NCBI GenBank assembly: GCA_902555185.1 | Contig: CACDSA010000004.1 | Span: 93 to 64,092 of the forward strand | DNA: 64,000 nucleotides | Source: an uncultured Pelagibacteraceae bacterium | GTDB taxonomy: Bacteria; Pseudomonadota; Alphaproteobacteria; Pelagibacterales; Pelagibacteraceae | Direction of reading: 5' to 3' | Notes under the pieces: model-generated | Database searches by the model: none | What the model saw: only the letters and a program-made list of their open reading frames with translations | Told to the model about the DNA's origin: nothing | Part shown: positions 9,930 to 18,907 of the stretch, one piece after another | How the letters are laid out: each line of letters begins with the position of its first letter | How positions within the stretch are numbered: position 1 is the first letter of the stretch | Program-made: the position numbers and the translations under genes

Positions 9930-10682
9930 ATGAATAATTTAAAAGCATCGATAAGAGGAAACTTATCATCTGGATCAAACAACAAGTTAAGAGCGAAAGG
10001 CTTCATACCAGCAATTTTGTATGGTGGAAAAGATCCAAATCAAAATATCACTATTAGTAAAAAAGAGATATCCAACATGATAAATTCCGATACATTTCTA
10101 TCAAAAGTTCTAGAGATCGAAATTGATGGAAAAAAAGAAAAAGTTATACCACGAGATGTTGCATATAATGTTGTTTCCGAAGAACCTATACATATTGATT
10201 TTATGAGGATAGTCTCGGGTAAAAAAATTATTTTAGAAATTCCTGTAAAATTTATTAATCATCCAGACTCTCCAGGTTTAAAAAGAGGTGGGGTATTAAA
10301 CATTGTAAGAAGGAAAGTAGAATTAAAATGTCCAGCTGAAAATATTCCCGATGAAATAGTCGTAGATCTGACAGGCACAGACATAGGTACTAGTATTAAA
10401 ATCTCATCTGTCAAACTTCCTGAAAATGTAAATCCAACTATAAGTGATCGTGATTTCGTTGTTGCAACTGTAGCTGCTCCAACTGTAATTAAAGAGCCAG
10501 AAAAACCTGCTGAAGAAAGTCCAGCAGAGGGTGTAGATGGTGAAGCTCCTGCGGAGGGCGCTGAGGCAGCTGCGAAAGAGGGAGATGCTAATAAGAAAGA
10601 TGAAAAAGCAAAAGATGGAGCATCAGAGAAAAAACCTGAAGATAAAAAACCCGCTGAAAAAAAGCCTGCTGAGAAAAAATAA
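9930..10682 (+). CDS. rplY: 50S ribosomal protein L25/Ctc
   Basis: IPAILYG, HIDF, SPGLKRGG; prs-rplY-pth-ychF synteny. Confidence 0.96.
   Translation: MNNLKASIRGNLSSGSNNKLRAKGFIPAILYGGKDPNQNITISKKEISNMINSDTFLSKVLEIEIDGKKEKVIPRDVAYNVVSEEPIHIDFMRIVSGKKIILEIPVKFINHPDSPGLKRGGVLNIVRRKVELKCPAENIPDEIVVDLTGTDIGTSIKISSVKLPENVNPTISDRDFVVATVAAPTVIKEPEKPAEESPAEGVDGEAPAEGAEAAAKEGDANKKDEKAKDGASEKKPEDKKPAEKKPAEKK
10626..10679 (+). repeat. Degenerate 15-bp tandem repeat (3.6 copies) encoding (E/D)KKP(E/A)
   Basis: GAGAAAAAACCTGAA / GATAAAAAACCCGCT / GAAAAAAAGCCTGCT / GAGAAAAAA. Confidence 0.8.
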
Positions 10683-10687
10683 TTAAT

Positions 10688-11260
10688 ATGCTTTTACTTG
10701 TTGGATTAGGAAATCCAGGATCAAACTATACCAATACTAGACATAACATTGGATTCAAAATTATAGATGCTATAAATACGCATTTTAAGCTTTCAAAACA
10801 AAAACCAAAATTTAAAGGTTTGTTAACTACTGGAAATATTGATGAAAAAAAAATTTACGCTATAAAACCTTTAACATTTATGAATAATTCTGGCACAGCT
10901 ATCAAAGAACTCATAGATTATTTTAAAATTGATGCCAAAGACGTAATTGTTTTTCACGATGATATGGATATAGATTTTGGAAAAATAAAAGCAAAATTTG
11001 GAGGAAGTAGTGCTGGACATAATGGAATAGAGTCAATTGATAAATTTATTGGTAAAGACTATTCTAGAGTAAGGATTGGCATAGGCCATCCAAAACAAAA
11101 AAAGAAAGTCAACAATCATGTTCTCGAAGATTTTAAAGAAGATGAAGAAGAGAAGATTAAAGAAATCACACAAAATATAGTTAAACAAATACCAACATTA
11201 ATTGATAAAAAAATAGATTTATTCTCAAGTAAAGTTAATCAAAATCTTAATGGGATTTAA
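10688..11260 (+). CDS. pth: Peptidyl-tRNA hydrolase
   Basis: GLGNPG, TRHNIGF, KPLTFMN, GHNG, RVRIGIG. Confidence 0.97.
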   Translation: MLLLVGLGNPGSNYTNTRHNIGFKIIDAINTHFKLSKQKPKFKGLLTTGNIDEKKIYAIKPLTFMNNSGTAIKELIDYFKIDAKDVIVFHDDMDIDFGKIKAKFGGSSAGHNGIESIDKFIGKDYSRVRIGIGHPKQKKKVNNHVLEDFKEDEEEKIKEITQNIVKQIPTLIDKKIDLFSSKVNQNLNGI

Positions 11261-12320
11261 ATGTGGGATAGTAGGCTTACCAAATGTTGGTAAGTCAACT
11301 CTTTTTAATGCTCTTACTGCTTCTAAAAATGCTGAGGCAGCAAATTTTCCGTTTTGTACTATTGACCCCAATATAGGTATTGTTGATGTTATTGATAAAA
11401 GACTTGATCAATTAGCAAAGCTTTCAAGCTCTAAAAAAAAAATTTATACTAATATAACTTTTGTTGATATTGCCGGATTAGTTAAAGGAGCTTCGAAAGG
11501 TGAAGGGTTGGGAAATAAATTTTTATCTCACATAAGGCAAGTTGATGCAATTATTCACCTGGTAAGATGTTTCGACTCTGAAAAAATTACTCATGTAAAC
11601 TCAAAAATCAGTCCTGCAGAAGATTTAGAAACAATTAAAACTGAAATAATTCTAGCAGATTTAGACGTGATTCAAAAAAAATTGGAAAAGGGAAAAAAAA
11701 AATTACTTAGTGAAAAAGATATAAAAATACTGGAGGAAAAATTAAAACAGCTTGAATTTGGTGAAGAGGCAACAATAAATGATATTAGTGACGAAAAACT
11801 TCTTAGCAGTATAGGTTTATTAAGTATCAAGCCTAAAATAATTGTTTGTAACGTGGATGAAGAAAATTTGTCTAAAGGAAATAATTTCACTAAAGAAGTG
11901 TTGAATAAGTATCCAAACGAAAAAATAATAAATATTTGTGCTGATATAGAAGATCAGCTTTCAGGTCTAGATAAAGATGAAAAAGAAACTTTTATGAAAG
12001 ATATTGGTCTCAACAAGACTGGAATAAATAAACTTATAAAAGAAGGTTATGATTTATTAAAATTAGATACTTTTTTTACATCAGGTCCTGAAGAAAGTAG
12101 AGCTTGGACAATTAAAAAAAATACTAAAGCACCAAAAGCCGCAGGTGTAATTCATACTGACTTTGAAAAGAATTTTATAAGAGCAGAGGCTGTAACATGT
12201 GAAGATTTTATTAAATATGGTAGTGCCGAAAAATGTAAAGAAAATGGTAAACTTAGAATTGAAGGTAAAGATTACATTGTAAAAGATGGAGATGTATTAT
12301 ACTTCCGTGTCAATCCTTGA
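11250..12320 (+). CDS. ychF: Redox-regulated ATPase YchF
   Basis: GIVGLPNVGKSTLFN, DIAGLVKGASKGEGLGNKFL, TGS domain. Confidence 0.98.
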   Translation: MGFKCGIVGLPNVGKSTLFNALTASKNAEAANFPFCTIDPNIGIVDVIDKRLDQLAKLSSSKKKIYTNITFVDIAGLVKGASKGEGLGNKFLSHIRQVDAIIHLVRCFDSEKITHVNSKISPAEDLETIKTEIILADLDVIQKKLEKGKKKLLSEKDIKILEEKLKQLEFGEEATINDISDEKLLSSIGLLSIKPKIIVCNVDEENLSKGNNFTKEVLNKYPNEKIINICADIEDQLSGLDKDEKETFMKDIGLNKTGINKLIKEGYDLLKLDTFFTSGPEESRAWTIKKNTKAPKAAGVIHTDFEKNFIRAEAVTCEDFIKYGSAEKCKENGKLRIEGKDYIVKDGDVLYFRVNP

Positions 12321-13079
12321 CCAAATCTTTCTCATACTTAAGTAAACTAAAATCGTCAAAAGCACTAAATAAATTATTACTTTTACCCCAGTTTTATGTC
12401 TTTCCTCAAGTTCAGGTTCTGCAGCCCATGCTAAAAAAGTAGTTACATCTTTTGCCATTTGATCAACTGTAGATTCTGTTCCATCCGCATACTCAACTAG
12501 CCCGTCCATTAAATTATTTGGCATTTTAATCTTATTACCGGCCATATATTTATTGTAATAAACACCGTCATCAAGAGTTACGCCTGGAGGAGGGTCTTCG
12601 TAACCGACAAGAACTGAATAAATGTAATTAGCTCCTCCTTTTCTTGCCTTGACTAAAACTGACATGTCAGGCGGGTATGCTCCACCATTAGCAGCTGTTG
12701 CTGCCTGAACATTAGGGTATGGACTTTTAAATTTGTCTGAAGGTTTTCCTGGTCGAGTAAACATTTCTCCTTGTGAGTCTGGACCATCTTCTATTTCAAA
12801 ACTAGCAGCAATAGCCTTTACCTCTTGCTCTGAAAATTCAGGTCCGCCAGGTTCTCCTAGATTTCTATAGCTAAGATATTGCATTGAATGGCAAGAAGCG
12901 CAGACTTCTTTATAAACTTGAAAACCTCTTTGTAGTGATGCTCTATCAAAGGTTCCCGTTAAACCTTTAAAACTCCAATCCACTTTAATTGGATCCACCA
13001 TTTCGGCGCTTTGTAGTGGTCTAAGTGAGATAAGTAGCAAAAAAGATAAAACGAGTAGTTTTATATTAGACTTTATCAT
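12297..13079 (-). CDS. petC: Cytochrome c1
   Basis: [13 protein letters not shown] heme motif, PPDMS, C-terminal TM. Confidence 0.97.
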   Translation of the reverse strand: MIKSNIKLLVLSFLLLISLRPLQSAEMVDPIKVDWSFKGLTGTFDRASLQRGFQVYKEVCASCHSMQYLSYRNLGEPGGPEFSEQEVKAIAASFEIEDGPDSQGEMFTRPGKPSDKFKSPYPNVQAATAANGGAYPPDMSVLVKARKGGANYIYSVLVGYEDPPPGVTLDDGVYYNKYMAGNKIKMPNNLMDGLVEYADGTESTVDQMAKDVTTFLAWAAEPELEERHKTGVKVIIYLVLLTILVYLSMRKIWSRIDTEV

Positions 13080-14325
13080 TAACCTTCCTAGCTAAAGATG
13101 GTTCTGCTCCTCCAGTTAATACTGGCTCGGAGATGCTCATAGGAATCGGGTCTGTTTTTTCTAAATAACCGACAACAGGCATAACTACTATAAAATGTAA
13201 AAAGTAATAAATAGTTCCCACTCTAGCTAATACTAAGTAAATTCCCTCGGCTGGCATCGCACCAACATAACCAAGCATTAGAACGTCTATTACTAATATC
13301 CAAAAGAACTGTCTATAAATCGGTCTAAAAACAGCCGATCTAACTTTTGATGTATCTAACCAAGGTAAGACAAATAAAATAAAAATTGCACTAAACATTA
13401 AAATTACTCCGCCTAATTTATCAGGTACAGATCTTAAAATTGCGTAAAATGGTAACAAATACCATTCAGGTACTATATGAGCAGGTGTAACTAATGGATT
13501 TGCGGGAATATAATTATCTGAGTGTCCCAAAACATTAGGAGTAAAGAATACAAATCCAGCAAATATAATCATAAAAACTAAAAGTGCGAAAGCGTCTTTA
13601 ATTGTTATATAAGGATGGAATGGCACTGTATCTTTAGATGGTTTCTTTATATCAATTCCTACAGGGTTATTATTACCTGGAACATGTAAAGCCCAAATAT
13701 GCAAAACTACTAATCCTAAAATTAAAAATGGTATTAAATAATGTAAACTAAAGAATCTGTTTAGTGTTGGATTATCTACAGAATATGCTCCCCATAACCA
13801 AGTTGTTATGCTATCTCCAACTAACGGAATCGCGCTAAATAAGTTAGTTATTACAGTAGCGCCCCAGAAGCTCATTTGACCCCAAGGCAAAACATAACCC
13901 ATAAAAGCTGCTGCCATCATTAATAAATAAATCATCAGACCAATTATCCAAATTACTTCTCTAGGTGATTTATATGATCCATAAAATAAAGATCTAAAAA
14001 TGTGAATATAAACTGCTAGGAAAAACATAGATGCACCATTGCTATGAATATATCTTATTAACCAACCATAATTTACGTCTCTCATTATGTGTTCTACACT
14101 CGCAAAAGCTAAATCAGCGTGAGCGACGTAATGCATTGCTAAAACAATTCCTGTAACTATTTGAGTGATTAAACAAAAAGTTAAAATTCCACCGAAGGTC
14201 CACCAATAATTTAGATTTTTAGGTGTTGGGTAATCTGTAAGGTGTGCTCCAAGAGTAAGCAGTGGTAAACGATCGTTAAACCATTTTCCTGCCTTAGATT
14301 TCGGTGTATATTCGTGTTCACTCAT
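13066..14325 (-). CDS. petB: Cytochrome b
   Basis: [17 protein letters not shown] motif. Confidence 0.99.
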   Translation of the reverse strand: MSEHEYTPKSKAGKWFNDRLPLLTLGAHLTDYPTPKNLNYWWTFGGILTFCLITQIVTGIVLAMHYVAHADLAFASVEHIMRDVNYGWLIRYIHSNGASMFFLAVYIHIFRSLFYGSYKSPREVIWIIGLMIYLLMMAAAFMGYVLPWGQMSFWGATVITNLFSAIPLVGDSITTWLWGAYSVDNPTLNRFFSLHYLIPFLILGLVVLHIWALHVPGNNNPVGIDIKKPSKDTVPFHPYITIKDAFALLVFMIIFAGFVFFTPNVLGHSDNYIPANPLVTPAHIVPEWYLLPFYAILRSVPDKLGGVILMFSAIFILFVLPWLDTSKVRSAVFRPIYRQFFWILVIDVLMLGYVGAMPAEGIYLVLARVGTIYYFLHFIVVMPVVGYLEKTDPIPMSISEPVLTGGAEPSLARKVNDKV

Positions 14326-14331
14326 AATTTT

Positions 14332-14853
14332 TTAACCAATCTTAATAGTATTACTGTCTACAAATTCAAATTTTGGTATTTCCATATTTGTTGGAGCTGG
14401 TCCCTTTCTTATCCTGCCTGATACATCGTAATGTGAACCATGACAAGGACAAAACCAACCATTGAAGTCACCCTTATCTTTTAAAGGCACACATCCAAGA
14501 TGTGTACAAACTCCTAACATGACTAACCATTCATCTTTACCTTCTTTTACCCTATCTTCATCCTTTTGGGGATCAGGCAAATCGTCCATATTCACGGCTC
14601 TGGCCTCAGCTATTTCTTCTGAAGTTCTTTTTTTTATAAATATTGGCTTTCCTCTCCATAAAACAGTAATAGACTTACCAGGTTCTATACTACTAATATC
14701 AACTTCTGTAGTTGCTAAAGCTTGTTGGGCTTTATCTGGATTCATTTGATCTATCATCGGCCAAATAACTGCTCCAACGCCTACAGCGCCGACGGTATAG
14801 CTTGCTGTAAATAAAAAATCTCTTCTATTAATTTTTTTTTCTTCTTTGCTCAT
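14332..14853 (-). CDS. petA: Rieske iron-sulfur subunit
   Basis: Tat signal RRDFL, CTHLGC and CPCHGS. Confidence 0.98.
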   Translation of the reverse strand: MSKEEKKINRRDFLFTASYTVGAVGVGAVIWPMIDQMNPDKAQQALATTEVDISSIEPGKSITVLWRGKPIFIKKRTSEEIAEARAVNMDDLPDPQKDEDRVKEGKDEWLVMLGVCTHLGCVPLKDKGDFNGWFCPCHGSHYDVSGRIRKGPAPTNMEIPKFEFVDSNTIKIG

Positions 14854-14909
14854 TTATGTAAGTGCTTATAATGTAATTCTTAAATAAAACCATATTATTA
14901 AAATTTCTA

Positions 14910-14925
14910 GGGTCAGAATGACACA
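14910..14925 (-). promoter_or_regulatory. Candidate RegA/RegR-type box upstream of petA
   Basis: Minus strand reads TGTGTCATTCTGACCC, resembling GNGRCRTTNNGNCGC with 2 mismatches. Confidence 0.35.
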
Positions 14926-14942
14926 TAAATTAAGCCTAAATA

Positions 14943-15392
14943 ATGCACATTGTTCTTTATAAACCCGATATCCCTCAAAATACAGCTGCTATAATTAGAT
15001 TAGGAGCGTGTTTGAACTTAAATATACATATTATTGAGCCTTGCGGCTTTAACATAAACGATGCTAGATTTAAAAGGGTTGTTATGGATTATATCAACTT
15101 CAGTAAAATCTTTCGACATAAAGACTGGGAAACTTTTTTAAAAAAATATAAAAAATCAAGAATAGTTTTAATGACAACTAAAGCAAAAAAATTATATCAT
15201 AAGTTTAAATTTAAAAAAAATGATATGCTTTTATTTGGAAGAGAAAGTGCTGGAGTGCCTAATGAATTACATCAAAAATTGAAAAATAAAATCAAAATTC
15301 CAATGAATAAAAAAACAAGATCATTAAATGTAGCAATGAGCGTTGCAATAATAGCCTCTGAAGCTTTAAGGCAGAACAGTTTGCTGAAATAA
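14943..15392 (+). CDS. trmL: tRNA (cytidine(34)-2'-O)-methyltransferase
   Basis: PDIPQNT, LFGRESAGVP, RSLNVA SPOUT motifs. Confidence 0.93.
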   Translation: MHIVLYKPDIPQNTAAIIRLGACLNLNIHIIEPCGFNINDARFKRVVMDYINFSKIFRHKDWETFLKKYKKSRIVLMTTKAKKLYHKFKFKKNDMLLFGRESAGVPNELHQKLKNKIKIPMNKKTRSLNVAMSVAIIASEALRQNSLLK

Positions 15393-16213
15393 TGACGTCT
15401 GAATTTAGAAAAAAAATGGCAGACAGTTGGTTTTCGTATTTACAAAGTCAAATATGTAAAGAATTTGAGGATCTAGAAAAAAATAAAGTCAAATTCATGA
15501 AAAGAGATTGGAGTAAAAATAAAAAGTATCAAGGCGGAGGAACTTCTTTTCTTCTTTCTAAAGGAAAAGTATTTGATAAAGTTGGGGTGAATAAATCCAC
15601 TGTTTCAGGAGTTTTTCCTAAACAATTTAGGTCAAGAATTTTAGGTGCAGAGAGAAAAGGGAAATATTGGGCATCGGGTGTCTCTGTAGTAGCTCATTTG
15701 AGAAATCCTAAAATACCCGCAATTCATTTCAATACTAGATTCATAGTGACAACAAAAGAATGGTTTGGTGGAGGCATGGATGCTACGCCAAGTTTTGAGG
15801 ATTTAAAAGAAAAAAAAATAATACATGATGAATTAAAAAAAGTGTGTATTCAAAATAATAAAAATTATAAAAAATATAAAAGATGGTGCGATGAATATTT
15901 TTATTTACCTCATAGAAAAGAAGCTAGAGGAATAGGCGGTATTTTCTTCGATTATGAAACTAAAGATTGGAATAAAAACTTTAAATTTATTAGAGAACTT
16001 GGGTTAAAGTTTATTGATATTTCAAAAAAGATTATTAATAGAAAAGAAAAATTAAAGTGGTCCAAAAAAGACAAAGAAAAACAATTATTTAAAAGAGGAA
16101 GATATGTGGAGTTTAACCTATTATATGATAGGGGCACAAAGTTTGGATTAAATTCGGGTGGAAATATTGACTCAATATTAATGTCGCTACCTCCTGAAGC
16201 AAAGTGGAAATAA
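15392..16213 (+). CDS. hemF: Oxygen-dependent coproporphyrinogen III oxidase
   Basis: HFNTR, WFGGG, RGIGGIFFD, RGRYVEFNLLYDRGTKFGL. Confidence 0.96.
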   Translation: MTSEFRKKMADSWFSYLQSQICKEFEDLEKNKVKFMKRDWSKNKKYQGGGTSFLLSKGKVFDKVGVNKSTVSGVFPKQFRSRILGAERKGKYWASGVSVVAHLRNPKIPAIHFNTRFIVTTKEWFGGGMDATPSFEDLKEKKIIHDELKKVCIQNNKNYKKYKRWCDEYFYLPHRKEARGIGGIFFDYETKDWNKNFKFIRELGLKFIDISKKIINRKEKLKWSKKDKEKQLFKRGRYVEFNLLYDRGTKFGLNSGGNIDSILMSLPPEAKWK

Positions 16214-16215
16214 TT

Positions 16216-16692
16216 ATGGAGAAAGAACCAATTACAATTAGCGGACTGCAAAATTTAAAAAAAGAATTAGAAGATTTAAAAAATGTCCAAAGACCGAAAA
16301 TAGTTGAAGCGATAGCCGAAGCAAGATCCCACGGCGATCTAAAAGAAAATGCAGAATACCACGCCGCAAAAGAACAACAAGCATTAATAGAGAGTCGTGT
16401 AATTGCAATTAATGATTTAATAGCTAGAGCTAATGTAATAGACGTAACCAAAATAGAAAATAATGGAAAGGTAATTTTTGGTTCGACAGTAAAGGTTCAG
16501 GACCTTGAAACAGATAAAAAAATTTCCTACAGGTTGGTTGGTCAAGATGAGGCTAATATTAAAAAAAACTTAATTTTTTTTAAGAGTCCAATTGGTAAAG
16601 CTTTGATTGGTAAAAATAAAGGTGAAATGATAAATGTTATCACGCCTTCTGGTGAAAGAAATTTTGAAATTTTAGATGTTGAATATCTCTAG
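16216..16692 (+). CDS. greA: Transcription elongation factor GreA
   Basis: ARSHGDLKENAEYHAAK, SPIGKALIG; ATG at 16216 preferred over the upstream GTG. Confidence 0.97.
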   Translation: MEKEPITISGLQNLKKELEDLKNVQRPKIVEAIAEARSHGDLKENAEYHAAKEQQALIESRVIAINDLIARANVIDVTKIENNGKVIFGSTVKVQDLETDKKISYRLVGQDEANIKKNLIFFKSPIGKALIGKNKGEMINVITPSGERNFEILDVEYL

Positions 16693-17951
16693 TTTAAATT
16701 AATTTTTATTATTTCTTGAATTCTTTCTTTTGAAATTTGAAAATTATTATCAATCCAATCTTTTTCTAATATTTTTAGCACTTTTCCTAGGGATTGTCCT
16801 TCTTGCATCCCCTGTTGTTTAAGAAACTCCCCGTCTATTGAAAATATAGGAACTTTAGTTTTCAATATTTTTTTTAAATTTTTTGAAAAATCAAAAATTT
16901 TTACTTTTGAGCTCATTGAGAAATAAATCAAATTAAGTGCTATCAGATGATTTTTTCCATTCAAATAAATATTTTTTTTTAAATCCTTGTCAAAAAATTC
17001 CTTATTTACTTTTAATTTTACTAAGTTTTTATTAAACTTATTCAAATTCTCCTTAATTTTTTTTGAAACATTATATTTATGAATAAAGTACTCATGATTA
17101 TCTTTTTCATCTATTAGTAATGCAGCAAGCACAATATCTCTATTTATTTCTGAATAATTATATACCTTTTTAAGTCGCTCTAGTCTATTTAGATAAATCA
17201 ATTCTGGAAATATCAATGAAAAAATTTCTTTCAAATTATTACTATCGTTAATTTGTAAAATATTTTTAAGATTCAAAATTTTTAATAATTCTTCTAAAAT
17301 TCTTTCTTTTGAAATTTTTTTTATACCATCAAGATTTTGTTTTATTGCATCGCTTGTAGTGGGTTCAACATTAATATCATACATCACTTTGAATCTTATA
17401 AACCTGATTATTCTCAAATAGTCCTCTTCTATTCTTTTCTGGGGATCACCGATAAATTTAATGCTTTTGTTTTTTAGATCTACTGTACCCATTTGAGGGT
17501 CAAATATTTTTCCATTAATATCCAAATAAATTGCATTAATAGTAAAATCTCTTCTTTCAGAGTCTTGTTTCCAATCATCTGTAAATTCAACTTCAGCATG
17601 TCTTCCATCACTTTTGACATCTCTTCTAAGTGTTGTTATTTCAACTTTATGTTTGTTTGATATAACTGTCACAGTTCCGTGTTGAATTCCCGTATCAATT
17701 ATTTTTAAATTAGTCCCTTTGAATTTTTCTTTAACCTGGTCCGTTGTCAAAATTGTTGCAATATCAATATCATCTATTCTTTCGCCTGATAGATATTTCC
17801 TCACACATCCGCCTACAAATCTTGAGGTCACTTTGTCTCTCGGAAAACCTTGTTGTAATTTAGTAAAAATAAATCTTAAATCTTTATTTCTATAAAAAGG
17901 AAAAATAAAACTTTTAATGTTCTGGAAAAAATTAAAACTTAGATTAAACAT
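16689..17951 (-). CDS. cca: CCA tRNA nucleotidyltransferase
   Basis: VGGCVR..DIDIAT, RRDFTINA, EDYLR. Start trimmed to ATG 17951 because the ORF-track start lies inside the tRNA. Confidence 0.9.
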   Translation of the reverse strand: MFNLSFNFFQNIKSFIFPFYRNKDLRFIFTKLQQGFPRDKVTSRFVGGCVRKYLSGERIDDIDIATILTTDQVKEKFKGTNLKIIDTGIQHGTVTVISNKHKVEITTLRRDVKSDGRHAEVEFTDDWKQDSERRDFTINAIYLDINGKIFDPQMGTVDLKNKSIKFIGDPQKRIEEDYLRIIRFIRFKVMYDINVEPTTSDAIKQNLDGIKKISKERILEELLKILNLKNILQINDSNNLKEIFSLIFPELIYLNRLERLKKVYNYSEINRDIVLAALLIDEKDNHEYFIHKYNVSKKIKENLNKFNKNLVKLKVNKEFFDKDLKKNIYLNGKNHLIALNLIYFSMSSKVKIFDFSKNLKKILKTKVPIFSIDGEFLKQQGMQEGQSLGKVLKILEKDWIDNNFQISKERIQEIIKINLN

Positions 17952-17957
17952 AAATAT

Positions 17958-18031
17958 TGGCTGGGGCACTAGGATTCGAACCTAGGATGGCGGTATCAAA
18001 AACCGCTGCCTTACCGCTTGGCTATGCCCCA
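17958..18031 (-). tRNA. tRNA-Gln(UUG)
   Basis: TGGGGCATAGCCAAGCGGTAAGGCAGCGGTTTTTGATACCGCCATCCTAGGTTCGAATCCTAGTGCCCCAGCCA: cloverleaf, TTG anticodon, U1-A72, encoded CCA. Confidence 0.97.
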
Positions 18032-18066
18032 ATTATAAGTGACTGATATATCATAAAAATTTAAAT

Positions 18067-18906
18067 TTAAATAGTTTTAGCGATCGAAAACCAAAATTTT
18101 GGGTATTTTTTTCTTAATTTTTTAAGTGCGACTTTTGAACTATTTTTATCAGCAAATAAAGCGTAACATCCTGAACCTGATCCAGTCATTCTTGAATAAT
18201 AACTATTTTTTGACGCATTCATACTTGATAGTAACCTTTTTATTACAGGGTATTTTTTTTCAACAATTAATTGTAAATCGTTATTTGAATTGACCAAATG
18301 CTTAATAAATTTTCTTCTGGTTTTATATTTTTTTTCTGAAAAAATGGTTTTTTTAGAGTAATTTTTAACTAATGAGTAAATTGTTTTTGTAGAACAATTT
18401 ATTCTTGGATAAACTAACAAAACATGAAATTTAAATTTATTACTTAATTTTTCAACATTCTTGAGATTTTTTATAATACCATGTTTGAAAAAAAAAAGTT
18501 TAAAATCAGATCCAACAATTTTAGAAATTTTTTCAAATATAGCTTTTTCAATTTTTTTCTTATTAAGAAATCTTAAAACTACAGCTGCATTGCTAGTCCC
18601 TCCCCCAAAACCAGCAAATACAGGAATTTTTTTATAAATCTTAACCTGGTAGAAATTAGAAATAAGTTTGAACTTTCTCATTAAATTTAAGACTTTTCCT
18701 ACAGAATTGTTTGATTTTTTTACGTATTTTGAAAAAGGGCCTTTAATTGAAATTAAATCTTTTTTTTTATTTTTAATTGTTTTTATTGAAATTGTATCGT
18801 GAAGGCTTATTAAGGAATAAATTGATTGAAGATCGTGTAATCCATTATTAAGTTTTTTATTGACTACTAGAGATAAGTTGATTTTTGCGTAAGATCTCAA
18901 AATCAT
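18067..18906 (-). CDS. ispE: 4-diphosphocytidyl-2-C-methyl-D-erythritol kinase
   Basis: AKINLSL, KKIPVFAGFGGGTSNAA, GSD, MTGSGS. Confidence 0.95.
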   Translation of the reverse strand: MILRSYAKINLSLVVNKKLNNGLHDLQSIYSLISLHDTISIKTIKNKKKDLISIKGPFSKYVKKSNNSVGKVLNLMRKFKLISNFYQVKIYKKIPVFAGFGGGTSNAAVVLRFLNKKKIEKAIFEKISKIVGSDFKLFFFKHGIIKNLKNVEKLSNKFKFHVLLVYPRINCSTKTIYSLVKNYSKKTIFSEKKYKTRRKFIKHLVNSNNDLQLIVEKKYPVIKRLLSSMNASKNSYYSRMTGSGSGCYALFADKNSSKVALKKLRKKYPKFWFSIAKTI

Positions 18907-18907
18907 C

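Noticed and set aside
11433-11442. Homopolymer A/T runs of 9-10 nt (also about 11693, 54291 and 54390) as phase-variation sites
   Set aside because: They are in frame in essential genes, encode Lys/Phe runs, and are expected at this AT content.
17952-17969. GTG-start N-terminal extension of cca
   Set aside because: It overlaps the tRNA-Gln acceptor stem; the downstream ATG is more plausible.
17958-18031. tRNA-Gln as an island or prophage integration site
   Set aside because: No integrase, no duplicated tRNA 3' end, and core genes on both flanks.
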